Notes: generated from the letters alone by a model not told the origin. A DNA stretch of 64,000 bases from an uncultured Alphaproteobacteria bacterium (GCA_902582755.1 CACHSZ010000001.1:113774-177773), one strand, 5' to 3'. Positions 1 to 9,599 are shown, counted from the first letter of the stretch. Translations and numbers: made by a program.

Positions 1-513
1 AACAGGCTCTCTAACCATAGCACGACCAAGAGCAACTCTTTGTCTTTGACCACCTGACAATTGTCCTGGTTTTCTATCCAATAGTTCTGAAATTTTTAGA
101 GTTTCAGAAGTTTTATTTACTAATTGATTTATAGATTCTGTTTTCTCTTTTTTGCTTGGAGAAAAATTACCAATCAAGGGCAGTCTTTCAAATGCATTAT
201 AATCCCTTAGTCTTAATGGAGTTTCTAAATTTCTTCTTACTGTGAGATGAGGATAAAGAGCATATGATTGGAAGACCATTGCCAAATCTCTTTCACTGGC
301 TCTAACTCTATTTACATTTTTATTATCTATTAATACATCACCTGAAGTCTGCTGTTCCAATCCTGCAATTATTCTAAGTAATGTAGATTTACCACAACCA
401 GATGGACCAACTAACGTTAAGAATTCTCCATCGTTTATATCAACATTCAAATTATTAAGTACTTGTGTAGACCCAAATGACTTTGAAATATTTTTAAGTG
501 ATATTGTCCCCAC
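1..513 (-). CDS. ABC transporter ATP-binding protein, UgpC/MalK (CUT1) family; runs off the window start (3' part missing)
   Basis: Not in the ORF track; translated by hand from GTG at 513: MGTISLKNISKSFGSTQVL...[18 protein letters not shown] (Walker A)...AMVFQSYALYPHLTV...LSGGQRQRVALGRAMVREPV (signature). GGGGG RBS-like run upstream. Confidence 0.9.
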   Translation of the reverse strand, partial: MGTISLKNISKSFGSTQVLNNLNVDINDGEFLTLVGPSGCGKSTLLRIIAGLEQQTSGDVLIDNKNVNRVRASERDLAMVFQSYALYPHLTVRRNLETPLRLRDYNAFERLPLIGNFSPSKKEKTESINQLVNKTSETLKISELLDRKPGQLSGGQRQRVALGRAMVREPV

Positions 514-567
514 TCATTCCCCCTGTATCTTAACTTTAATCTACAAAATTTTATTAAATTTGAGAAT

Positions 568-611
568 ATTTTAAATCTATTTATTTCAGTTTTATTTCAA
601 TTTTATTAACA
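568..611 (-). promoter_or_regulatory. Pho box array (3 x 11-bp units) plus -10 element for the ABC ATPase gene
   Basis: Minus strand reads TGTTAAT-AAAA-TTGAAAT-AAAA-CTGAAAT (611-583), then TAAAAT (573-568) 9 bp later. This resembles the CTGTCAT-N4-CTGTCAT PhoB consensus and its promoter geometry. Confidence 0.7.
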
Positions 612-689
612 AATATTCAAATTATGATTGAGTTTAACTAGCAGATAACTATAAATTCGTATTTTTAATAATATATATTAGTTGAATTC

Positions 690-1931
690 GTGTCCGATAA
701 TTTAGAAATTAATAAAAGAGAATATCCAAGCTCTTTCTCAAAAACTGCTATTGTTATATGCCTTGATGGTAGTCAAAAAGAGTATCTCGAAGAAGCATCA
801 AAATCTAATCTTACACCAAATCTTGATAAATTAATTGCAAGTGGTGAAAACCTACTTGTTCACAGCGCTATTCCAAGTTTTACAAATCCAAATAACATTT
901 CGATTGTAACAGGCCAACCAAGTTCTGTACACGGTATATGCGGAAACTTCTTTTATACACCTGAGACTGGTGAAGAAGTTATGATGAATGACCCAAAATA
1001 TATGCGAGCACCAACTATTTTTGAAAAATTTTACAATTCTGGTTCTAAAATTGCTCTTGTTACTGCAAAAGACAAGTTGAGAACACTTTTAGGAAACGGA
1101 TTAAGTTTTGATGATGAGAGAGCTATTTGTTTTTCTGCTGAAAAATCTGATCAAGCAACAAAAGATCTCAATGGTATAGATAATGTAAACGATTGGTTGG
1201 GGATGCCAGTGCCAGAAGTATATTCTGAAGGACTCTCTGAATTTGTAATGGCTGCAGGTGTAAAACTTCTTGAAGAGTTTAAACCAAATATTATGTATTT
1301 ATCGACTACGGATTATATTCAACACAAATATGCACCGGGAAATGAAACAGCAAATAAATTTTATGCAATGTTTGATAAATATATTGGTCTTTTAAATAAT
1401 GAGAATGTTTCTATAATCATCACAGCAGATCACGGAATGAAACCAAAATCAAAAGAAGATGGTTCACCTAATGCAATATTTTTACAAGATTATTTAGATA
1501 AAAAATTTGAACCAAACATGGCTAAAGTCATCCTACCAATTACAGATCCATATGTCGTTCATCATGGTTCACTTGGTTCTTTTGCAACAATTTATTTAGA
1601 AGACAAGAGCAGGGTAGATTCAGTTGTAAATGCTATTAAAGAAATAAAAGATATAGAAGTTGTTTTAACAAAAGATGAAGGATGCTCTACTTATAATTTA
1701 CCTCCTGATAGAATGGGGGATATTATATGTATGTCTTCAGAATTTATGACTATTGGTTCATCGGAAGATAAACACAATCTTTCTGGATTAAATGAACCTT
1801 TACGTTCTCATGGAGGACTCCATGAAAGAGAAGTGCCATTCATATCAAATTTAAAATTACAAAACTTAGATACTAGCAAACAATTATATAACTATGATGC
1901 ATTTTATTATGCAATAAATGGAGCCCTATGA
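690..1931 (+). CDS. phnA: Phosphonoacetate hydrolase
   Basis: Alkaline phosphatase superfamily motifs [19 protein letters not shown] (catalytic Thr), [36 protein letters not shown]; overlaps phnY. Confidence 0.95.
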   Translation: MSDNLEINKREYPSSFSKTAIVICLDGSQKEYLEEASKSNLTPNLDKLIASGENLLVHSAIPSFTNPNNISIVTGQPSSVHGICGNFFYTPETGEEVMMNDPKYMRAPTIFEKFYNSGSKIALVTAKDKLRTLLGNGLSFDDERAICFSAEKSDQATKDLNGIDNVNDWLGMPVPEVYSEGLSEFVMAAGVKLLEEFKPNIMYLSTTDYIQHKYAPGNETANKFYAMFDKYIGLLNNENVSIIITADHGMKPKSKEDGSPNAIFLQDYLDKKFEPNMAKVILPITDPYVVHHGSLGSFATIYLEDKSRVDSVVNAIKEIKDIEVVLTKDEGCSTYNLPPDRMGDIICMSSEFMTIGSSEDKHNLSGLNEPLRSHGGLHEREVPFISNLKLQNLDTSKQLYNYDAFYYAINGAL

Positions 1932-3370
1932 TGCACAAAAAAATGATTAATGAAGCAATGCGTATTGCTGGAGAAAAAGTTACTTCAGATAAAACAATAA
2001 ATGTTGAGTACCCTTTTACAGGTGAAGTAATCGGAACGGTTCCAGCCGGTACCGCAGAGCATGCAAGAAAGGCTTTAGATATAGCTGCAAATTATCAGCC
2101 TAAACTTACAAGATATGAGAGACAAAAAATTCTTCAAACTGCTGCAGAAGTACTTGTTAAAAGAAAAGAAGAAATTTCTGATATTATTACTTTAGAACTT
2201 GGTATCTCAAAACAAGATTCTTTATACGAAGTAGGAAGAGCTTTCGATGTATTTTCATTAACGGCTCAACTTTGTATTCATGATGATGGAGAAATATTTT
2301 CTTGTGATTTAACTCCGCATGGAAAAGCCAGAAAAATATTTACCATAAGAGAACCTTTAACGGCAATCTCAGCAATCACCCCATTTAATCATCCTTTGAA
2401 TATGGTAGCGCATAAAATTGCTCCTTCAATTGCAACTAATAATTGTACAGTATGTAAGCAGACAGAATTAACACCTTTAACAGCAATGGTACTCGCTGAT
2501 GTTTTATATGAAGCAGGCCTGCCACCAGAAATGTTTTCAGTTGTAACTGGATGGCCTCAAGATATCGGATCAGAAATGATCAAGAATCCAAATATCGATC
2601 TCATTACTTTTACAGGCAGTGTAGGTGTAGGAAAATTAATTGCTGAACAAGCTGGATACAAAAGAACTGTTCTTGAGTTAGGTGGTAATGATCCATTAAT
2701 TGTTTTAAATGACTTAGATGGTGATGATCTTAAAAAAGCTGTTGAGCTAGCTGTTACGGGAGCAACGAAAAATTCTGGTCAACGTTGTACAGCTGTTAAA
2801 AGAATACTTGTTCAAGAATCCATTGCAGATCAATTTGTTGAAATGGCTCTTGAGCGTGCAAAGAAAATTAAATTTGGTGATCCTATGAATATGGAAACAG
2901 ACTTAGGTACAGTTGTTAATGCTCAAGCTGCAGAACTTTTTGATAAAAGAGTTTCTATGGCTGAAGAAGACGGTGCAAAAATTTTATATCACCCTGGAAG
3001 AAAGGGTGCTTTGTTACCTCCAATAGTTGTAGATCACGTTGATCCTAAAAGTGAATTAGTTTTAGAAGAGACATTTGGTCCAGTTATCCCAATCATTCGT
3101 GTGCCTAATGACGATGAAGCTGTAATGAAAATATCTAATTCAACCGCATTCGGATTATCATCTGGTGTATGTACAAATAACTTCATGCGAGCAAAAAAAT
3201 ATATTCAAGGTTTAAATGTTGGTACGGTAAATATTTGGGAAGTTCCAGGTTATAGAATTGAAATGTCTCCTTTTGGAGGAATTAAAGATTCAGGTCTTGG
3301 TTACAAAGAGGGTGTTATTGAAGCAATGAAAAGTTTTACTAATGTAAAAACCTTTTCGCTACCTTGGTAA
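1928..3370 (+). CDS. phnY: Phosphonoacetaldehyde dehydrogenase (NAD-dependent ALDH)
   Basis: ALDH motifs [34 protein letters not shown]; PhnY-like [14 protein letters not shown] and [18 protein letters not shown]; 4-bp overlap with phnA. Confidence 0.93.
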   Translation: MMHKKMINEAMRIAGEKVTSDKTINVEYPFTGEVIGTVPAGTAEHARKALDIAANYQPKLTRYERQKILQTAAEVLVKRKEEISDIITLELGISKQDSLYEVGRAFDVFSLTAQLCIHDDGEIFSCDLTPHGKARKIFTIREPLTAISAITPFNHPLNMVAHKIAPSIATNNCTVCKQTELTPLTAMVLADVLYEAGLPPEMFSVVTGWPQDIGSEMIKNPNIDLITFTGSVGVGKLIAEQAGYKRTVLELGGNDPLIVLNDLDGDDLKKAVELAVTGATKNSGQRCTAVKRILVQESIADQFVEMALERAKKIKFGDPMNMETDLGTVVNAQAAELFDKRVSMAEEDGAKILYHPGRKGALLPPIVVDHVDPKSELVLEETFGPVIPIIRVPNDDEAVMKISNSTAFGLSSGVCTNNFMRAKKYIQGLNVGTVNIWEVPGYRIEMSPFGGIKDSGLGYKEGVIEAMKSFTNVKTFSLPW

Positions 3371-3426
3371 ATAAACCAGTTTTTCTCTAATTTTTCTTAA
3401 TGCTGTGGAAAAATAAGCTTATTTTT

Positions 3427-3455
3427 TAGTAATATTTTCGTAATAAAATTGTAAC
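3427..3455 (+). promoter_or_regulatory. Pho box array (3 x 11-bp units) upstream of the substrate-binding protein gene
   Basis: TAGTAAT-ATTT-TCGTAAT-AAAA-TTGTAAC, exact 11-bp period, ending 51 bp before the ATG; GGAGG RBS downstream. Confidence 0.75.
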
Positions 3456-3506
3456 CCTTTGGGGCTACGTGTTAGATTAATATTATATTTGAATCGGAGG
3501 GATTAA

Positions 3507-4760
3507 ATGAAAAAATTAATTACAGGATTTGCAGCCGTATTAGCTTTTGGTTTTTATGGTTCTGTTAATTCAGCTAAGTCTATTGAAATAGAAGTAGCTT
3601 ATCCTTATTCAGGATTATTCGATGTAACTTTCCAAGCTATTATGCCAGAGTTTGAAAAAGCACATCCAGATATTCAAGTTAAATTTAGAGCAACTTATGA
3701 AAACTATGAGGATGCAACTGCAACAATCTTCAGAGAGTCTACTTCAGGTAATTTACCAGATGTAACAATGCAAGGTCTTAACAGACAGGCACCTCTAGTT
3801 GACAAAGGTATTGCTAAGTCTTTAGAGCCATTTATCGCAAAAGAAGCAGCTTTTGAAAAAGATGGTTACCATTCTGCTATGTTAAGTCTTTCAACATTCG
3901 GTGGTGAAGTTTATGGATTACCATTTTCTGTATCAACACCAGTTGGATATTATAACATGGATTTATTAGCTGAAGCAGGTGTAGATAGTATTCCAACTAA
4001 CTGGGACGAAGTTATTGCAGCATGTAATAAATTAGAAGCAGCAGGTAAAGGAACTCTATACTTCGGTTGGAACATTACAGGTAACTGGTTCCACCAAGCA
4101 TTAATGCATACTCAGAATGTTCCAATGGTTAAAGATGGAGCTGTAAATATGGGTGGAGATGCAGGACTTGCAACGTTAGAGCAAATGAAATCAATCATGA
4201 GCGGATGTAATATGCCAAACTATTCAATTGCTGATGGTCAAGCTGCGTTTAACGCAGGTACTATTGGTATGATGTTCTGGTCTACTTCAAGCTTGGGTTC
4301 AGTTAATGCTGCAAAGGCAGACTTTGTTTTAAAAACTGCACCATTCCCTGGAATGGCTGGAGTAAACAATGGAACACCAGCAAGATTACCAGCAGGTGGA
4401 AACGCTGCAATGTTAGTGTCTACATCTGATGATCCAGCAAGAGTTGATGCTGCATGGACTTTCTTAAAGTTCATAACATCAGGTATTGGTGCTGCATTAG
4501 TTGCTGAAACAACTGGATATGTTCCACCAAACAAAGCAGCGAATGATTTATTAGGTGATTTCTATAGTCAAAACCCTAATAAACTTACTGCTGTTGAACA
4601 ACTTCCACTTCTTGCTGATTGGTTTGCGTATCCTGGTGAAAATGGATTAGCTGTTACACAGGTAATCTATGATTACACGGAAGAAATTGCTACAGGCGAC
4701 GCTGATGATATGGCAGATCTTCAAGAAGAAATGATGGAAGAAATAAACGATCTTATGTAA
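3507..4760 (+). CDS. ABC transporter periplasmic substrate-binding protein, UgpB/CUT1 family
   Basis: Signal peptide (MKKLITGFAAVLAFG...SA), FEKAHPDIQV, YGLPFSVSTPVGYYNMDLL, PTNWDEV, AAWTFLKF, TGYVP; strong RBS; followed by a terminator. Confidence 0.88.
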   Translation: MKKLITGFAAVLAFGFYGSVNSAKSIEIEVAYPYSGLFDVTFQAIMPEFEKAHPDIQVKFRATYENYEDATATIFRESTSGNLPDVTMQGLNRQAPLVDKGIAKSLEPFIAKEAAFEKDGYHSAMLSLSTFGGEVYGLPFSVSTPVGYYNMDLLAEAGVDSIPTNWDEVIAACNKLEAAGKGTLYFGWNITGNWFHQALMHTQNVPMVKDGAVNMGGDAGLATLEQMKSIMSGCNMPNYSIADGQAAFNAGTIGMMFWSTSSLGSVNAAKADFVLKTAPFPGMAGVNNGTPARLPAGGNAAMLVSTSDDPARVDAAWTFLKFITSGIGAALVAETTGYVPPNKAANDLLGDFYSQNPNKLTAVEQLPLLADWFAYPGENGLAVTQVIYDYTEEIATGDADDMADLQEEMMEEINDLM

Positions 4761-4790
4761 TTTGAGATTATTTATTATTAACTTTTTATT

Positions 4791-4824
4791 ACAGCGGCTT
4801 TATAAAAGCCGCTGTTTTATTTTA
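4791..4824 (+). terminator. Intrinsic terminator / mRNA-stabilising hairpin after the SBP gene
   Basis: Perfect 11-bp stem ACAGCGGCTTT-ATA-AAAGCCGCTGT followed by a T-rich tract. Confidence 0.85.
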
Positions 4825-4847
4825 AATTTTAATGGGAGTAAAAATAG

Positions 4848-5927
4848 ATGCCTCTTAAAACAACCACAATAGGTGCTTATCCAAAACCGAAACAAACACC
4901 CATTCAAGATTGGTTTTTAGGGACAAAATCAGAAGAAGAGAGAAAAGCATCAAAAGGATTATTATCAAATTGGTCACCTGGCGCATATGAAAAAGCATTA
5001 GAGTCTGCAGGTGCGGATGCTGAAAAATTATTTTTAGCAGCAATTAAAGAAGTTATAACTGATCAAGTAAATGCGGGTATTGATGTTCCAACAGATGGAG
5101 AAGTCAGACGTGAGAGTTACGTATTATATCAATGTCGATTTTTAAATGGAGTAAGTTTTAAAGAAGTTACACATAAGTCAGTAAGACAAGGCGCGTTCGA
5201 AGCTGATCTTCCAACTATTGTTGCACCGATTTCAAGTAAAGAAATACGTATGCATCTAGACTGGAAGAGTGCACAACAATTTACAAAAAATCCAGTTAAA
5301 ATTACCCTACCTGGACCAATGACAATAACAGATTCAATTGCTAACAACTACTATGATGACATGAAAAAACTTGGTTTTGATTTAGCATTAGCTCTCAATA
5401 AAGAAATCAAGGCACTTGTAGATGCAGGTTGTCAGTATATTCAAATTGATGAACCAGTATTTGCTAGAAAGCCTGATGAAGCTCATTCATATGGTATGGA
5501 AAATTTAGAAAGAATGATGCATGGTATTCCTAAAGAAGTGCAACGCGTTTGCCATATTTGTTGTGGTTATCCCAACTCACTAGATTCAGAAGGGTATAAA
5601 AAGGCTGATCTAGATGCTTATGATAGAATTGCATCACTTGTAGATGATTCAACTATTGATGAAGTATCTTTGGAAGATTCACATAGGCATAATGATTTAA
5701 ATCTTTTAGAAAAATTTACTAAAACAAAAGTAATTTTTGGATTTATTGATATTGCAAAAAGTAGAATGGAGTCTGTTGAAGAAGTAAGAGTTCGTATCAA
5801 AGATTCACTTGAACATATTGATGAACACCGTTTAATAGCTGCACCAGATTGTGGTTTAGGTTTTTTTACCCGAGAACAAGCAATTGAGAAAATGACAATA
5901 TTAACTAAAGCGGCAAAATCAATTTAA
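4848..5927 (+). CDS. Short cobalamin-independent methionine synthase-like (MetE C-terminal / core Met synthase family) Zn enzyme; actual substrate unknown
   Basis: TTTIGAYPKP, QVNAGIDVPTDGEVRR, KITLPGPMTI, IQIDEP; Zn ligands in HICCGY, SLE and PDCGLG; only 359 aa, lacking the N-terminal half of MetE. Confidence 0.85.
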   Translation: MPLKTTTIGAYPKPKQTPIQDWFLGTKSEEERKASKGLLSNWSPGAYEKALESAGADAEKLFLAAIKEVITDQVNAGIDVPTDGEVRRESYVLYQCRFLNGVSFKEVTHKSVRQGAFEADLPTIVAPISSKEIRMHLDWKSAQQFTKNPVKITLPGPMTITDSIANNYYDDMKKLGFDLALALNKEIKALVDAGCQYIQIDEPVFARKPDEAHSYGMENLERMMHGIPKEVQRVCHICCGYPNSLDSEGYKKADLDAYDRIASLVDDSTIDEVSLEDSHRHNDLNLLEKFTKTKVIFGFIDIAKSRMESVEEVRVRIKDSLEHIDEHRLIAAPDCGLGFFTREQAIEKMTILTKAAKSI

Positions 5928-5931
5928 GGTA

Positions 5932-7044
5932 ATGTGGAATTATTTTAACCCTGTTGAAATTATCTTTGGAGAAAATAGATTTAAAGAAGTACATGATGCT
6001 GTTAAAAATAAAAAGTACATCATAATCACTCATCCAGAAGAAATTTTTAAAAAATATAGCGATGAATTAAAATCTTCTTCAAATCCACCTTTATCCATCA
6101 TGACGGATGTTCAGCCTAATCCAGATTATAAGGATATTTTAGAGTTACAAAATAAATTTTCTTCAATTAATGAATCGGTAGATTATATTTTAGCTATAGG
6201 TGGTGGCTCTGTTACAGACACAGCTAAAGCAATTGCTGCATTTAAAGATAAACAAGAATATCTAACAGATTTTGTTCGCAATAAGAAAAGTCCAAGAGTA
6301 GAAAATCCAATTAAGATTATTGCAATACCTACAACTTCAGGAACATCAAGTGAGCTTACGTGTTGGGCCACAATATGGGATAAAGAAAAAAATAATAAAT
6401 TATCTTTGGCGCATAAATCTCTTTATGCAGAAAAAGCAATTATCGATCCATCAATTATGGTTGATAAGCCTTTAGGCTTGACCATTTCAACAGGTTTAGA
6501 TGCTCTCTCTCATTCAATGGAAAGTATTTGGAATATTAATGCAAACCCAATTTCTGCTTCTCATGCAATACAAGCATCAAAATTAGTATTAGAAAATTTA
6601 CCACTTCTCACTAAAGATTTAAGAAATGTTGTATTACGTTCAAACATTGCACTGGCATGCGTTCATGCTGGCTTAGCGTTTTCCAATACGAAAACTGCTA
6701 TTGCGCACAATCTATCATACCCTGTGACACTCAATTACGGTATTCAGCATGGTATTGCTTGTTCATTTACTTTACCCATGATTACTAAAAGTATGGTTGG
6801 AATTGATAGTGTCGCTGAGGAAAGACTAAAATTAATTTTTAACGATAATCTAGAGAATGCCGCAAATCATCTGAGTGAATTTATGCGTTCTTTGGAAGTT
6901 CCTCTGAACTTAAATGAAATAAAAGTTCCTGTTCAAGAATGGAATAATATAGTAGATGACGCGTTTTTAGGAGAACGAGGTAAAAACTTTATTGGGAATA
7001 AAGAAGCCTTCATCTCTTCTGCTAAATCAATGGGACTTTATTAG
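5932..7044 (+). CDS. Iron-containing alcohol dehydrogenase, phosphonoacetaldehyde reductase-like
   Basis: GGGSVTDTAK, PTTSGTSSE, metal ligands in DALSHSMES, TAIAHNLSY and QHGIAC; WATIWD motif; located in the phosphonate cluster. Confidence 0.88.
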   Translation: MWNYFNPVEIIFGENRFKEVHDAVKNKKYIIITHPEEIFKKYSDELKSSSNPPLSIMTDVQPNPDYKDILELQNKFSSINESVDYILAIGGGSVTDTAKAIAAFKDKQEYLTDFVRNKKSPRVENPIKIIAIPTTSGTSSELTCWATIWDKEKNNKLSLAHKSLYAEKAIIDPSIMVDKPLGLTISTGLDALSHSMESIWNINANPISASHAIQASKLVLENLPLLTKDLRNVVLRSNIALACVHAGLAFSNTKTAIAHNLSYPVTLNYGIQHGIACSFTLPMITKSMVGIDSVAEERLKLIFNDNLENAANHLSEFMRSLEVPLNLNEIKVPVQEWNNIVDDAFLGERGKNFIGNKEAFISSAKSMGLY

Positions 7045-7046
7045 TA

Positions 7047-8153
7047 ATGAAAAAAAATTTCAGGTTTTATGATAACAGACAAAAATATTTATTATTTGTC
7101 ACAACAACAAATGAAAAAAATCAAATTGCTGATGCGATACGTCCTCACGTAAATAAAATTAAACCGCAAAAACCTGGTTTAAAAATATTTGATGCTGGGA
7201 TGGGTGATGGTTCCTTACTTATGAATGTTATGCGTCAGTGCCACGAGGCCAGGCCTAACGTACCTCTATTAGTTTGCACAAAAGAAATAAGTATTGAAGA
7301 TGTAAGATTAGGTTTGGAAAAATTACCCGATAGGTTTGTTGAGCATAAGAATACTGTTTTTGTAATTTCAAATTTACACTACGCTGAAGCCGCAAACCTA
7401 AAATCAAAAAATGACGTTAAACAGAAAAAAATTAATTGGAATATTATTAAATTAAAAGGTGACACCTCTCTTGAATTTGCCCAACAATTAAGAAAACAAA
7501 ATGAATTTTTAGAAAAAAAATGGAATATAGAAATTAATAAAAAGTCAGGTAACCATACTTATAAGGAGCCTTCAGTCATGGTTATTTACCGTGAAGATCA
7601 AGAATTTAATGTTAATGAATTAATACCAACCAAAAAAAAATCAGATAATAAATTTGATCTTATTATTGCTTCACAGCCTTATCGTTCAAGAATTTCAGCA
7701 GAAAAGAAATCAAAATATGTCATCGAACCAATGATTCGAGCGTTAAAATCAAAAGGGAAATTATTAACTATTCATGCTTCAGGAAAAGATCCTGCTAATG
7801 AAATAATTCGTAAAATTTGGCCAAAAGAGGACCCCTTTCCTTCTCTTGGGAATAGTATCATTTCTTATCTTAAGAAAAATTTAGATAAAGAGTTATTAAG
7901 CAGTTTATCTTTTGGAGAAAAAAGAATTATTAAATGTAAACTGAGAGCTCTACCAACAGAAATCACTGGAGGTATAGCGACATCATTAGTTTTCTCTGCT
8001 TGGAATGCCTCTATATATGTCAATCAAATGGATGATGATAAAGTTATGAAAGTAGAAAAAACAAAAAATTACGAAAAAGTAGTTCAAAAAATTGTTGCTA
8101 AAAATAAAGGTCTTTATTTTAACAATGAAATATTTGTAATCGAAAAAAAATAA
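7047..8153 (+). CDS. Conserved hypothetical protein with a class I SAM-dependent methyltransferase-like motif
   Basis: Motif I-like IFDAGMGDG, later FDLIIASQ and LKSKGKLL; 2-bp gap to the upstream gene. Confidence 0.6.
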   Translation: MKKNFRFYDNRQKYLLFVTTTNEKNQIADAIRPHVNKIKPQKPGLKIFDAGMGDGSLLMNVMRQCHEARPNVPLLVCTKEISIEDVRLGLEKLPDRFVEHKNTVFVISNLHYAEAANLKSKNDVKQKKINWNIIKLKGDTSLEFAQQLRKQNEFLEKKWNIEINKKSGNHTYKEPSVMVIYREDQEFNVNELIPTKKKSDNKFDLIIASQPYRSRISAEKKSKYVIEPMIRALKSKGKLLTIHASGKDPANEIIRKIWPKEDPFPSLGNSIISYLKKNLDKELLSSLSFGEKRIIKCKLRALPTEITGGIATSLVFSAWNASIYVNQMDDDKVMKVEKTKNYEKVVQKIVAKNKGLYFNNEIFVIEKK

Positions 8154-8157
8154 TTTT

Positions 8158-8946
8158 TTATTTAAACCAATTAACTTCTGTTTTTAAAAAATCCTCTGTA
8201 TGAATAATTAAGGCGTCAGATCGAATTATTGCAACATTATAATTTGTATCTGTATTTGCTGTCCCTAAACGATATTCATTTGAAAAGTTAGGAATTAGGG
8301 GAGACCAAGTACTTCTTGGGGAGGAAAAAGTAATACCACAATAAGAACCAGAACTTGTAATGTGTTGATGACCAAAAAAAATATGTTTTATTATCTTATT
8401 ATTTTTAGTTAAAATTTGTTGAAACTCTTTTTTTTGTTGTAATCCTATTCCATCACTTTCCTCTTTTACTAATGCTAGTGGATTATGATGCATAAAGATG
8501 TACGTATCTGTATTAGTTTTACCTAAAATATTATTTAACCATTCTTGCCTCTCTTCACAGTAATGTCCTTGGTGAGTATTAATCAGATTAGTATCTATAA
8601 AAATTAAACGTTTATTATCTATATCCTTAAAGTATTGAATAAATCCATTTGGATCGGTTTCAATATTAGGAAAGTTTATTTTAAACTCATCTCTGTTATC
8701 ATGATTACCTATAATGAGTTGAGGATTTAAATTCTTTGGCAGGCCTGCTTCATCAATGATTTTTATAAATAACTGATAAGAATCTTTATCACCTAAGTCT
8801 GTAATATCACCAGTGATGGCAAATAAATCTGCATCACCATGATTATTTTTTATATGACTTAATGCTTTTTTAAATTTACTGACAGGATCTATGCCATGAA
8901 TCTTATCTATATAAATATGGGGGTCTGAAAGGTGAATAATTTTCAT
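8158..8946 (-). CDS. Calcineurin-like metallophosphoesterase (GpdQ/CpdA-type phosphodiesterase)
   Basis: LSDPH, TGDITD, GNHD, FMHHNP, FFGHQH metal-binding motifs; no signal peptide. Confidence 0.88.
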   Translation of the reverse strand: MKIIHLSDPHIYIDKIHGIDPVSKFKKALSHIKNNHGDADLFAITGDITDLGDKDSYQLFIKIIDEAGLPKNLNPQLIIGNHDNRDEFKINFPNIETDPNGFIQYFKDIDNKRLIFIDTNLINTHQGHYCEERQEWLNNILGKTNTDTYIFMHHNPLALVKEESDGIGLQQKKEFQQILTKNNKIIKHIFFGHQHITSSGSYCGITFSSPRSTWSPLIPNFSNEYRLGTANTDTNYNVAIIRSDALIIHTEDFLKTEVNWFK

Positions 8947-8966
8947 TATTAAATATAAATTTATAA

Positions 8967-9599
8967 TTAGATCGCAGTTTTAAAATAAATATATTTATTA
9001 AATTCCTCTTTTAAGTCGATGCTAACTCTTGCATGTACTTTACCTTGTTTTCCATGAAATGATTGTTTTTCTTTAACTGGAAACACCCCTTCATGCCAAA
9101 TGTTTGGATGAATATACAAACCTTTTGATCCATCACAATAAAATGCTTTGAAATGTTCTGGTTCGATGTCGTCTGTTGGTAAAGCTAAAGGACAAATAAA
9201 TGGTTTATTTTCTGCAGGAAAAAAAAGCTGACCTCCATCAGGATGATAATTTGCATGCCATAGAAATATTTTTGTTGGATCTGAATATTTATCTTTTTGC
9301 AATTCTTGATCGGGGTTATTGGCATAACCCAGTATATATTTTCCATCTACTTCATAATCGCTCTTATGTTGGACAGCATTATTTTGTCCATAAAGCACAT
9401 CACCTTGCCACCAGGTATCAAAAGAACCTTCGGTAGTTCCACCTTCATTACCAGTTCCCTCTTCTATGTCGCGCCATCCTTGTTTTGGCCAAGTAACAAT
9501 TTCAATATCACTATTTTCAAAACTATCGATTAAATATCCGTATCCTTTAAGATTTTCATTTGTTGCTTTAACTAATGGTATTTCAATTTCTTTTGTCAT
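8967..9599 (-). CDS. Ureidoglycolate lyase (AllA)-like protein, divergent
   Basis: AT.E...GYG N-terminus, NYHPDGGQLFFP, FKAF.CDGSKGLYIHPNIWH; resembles the AllA fold, but the canonical ERHP reads NYHP. Confidence 0.65.
   Translation of the reverse strand: MTKEIEIPLVKATNENLKGYGYLIDSFENSDIEIVTWPKQGWRDIEEGTGNEGGTTEGSFDTWWQGDVLYGQNNAVQHKSDYEVDGKYILGYANNPDQELQKDKYSDPTKIFLWHANYHPDGGQLFFPAENKPFICPLALPTDDIEPEHFKAFYCDGSKGLYIHPNIWHEGVFPVKEKQSFHGKQGKVHARVSIDLKEEFNKYIYFKTAI

Noticed and set aside
1928-3370. Interpreting this phnY as the PhnY* dioxygenase partner of PhnZ
   Set aside because: The sequence is clearly an NAD-dependent aldehyde dehydrogenase, not an Fe/2OG enzyme.
3507-4760. Calling the SBP AepX, PhnS or PhnD
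   Set aside because: Its length and motifs fit the UgpB/CUT1 class, so no gene symbol was assigned.
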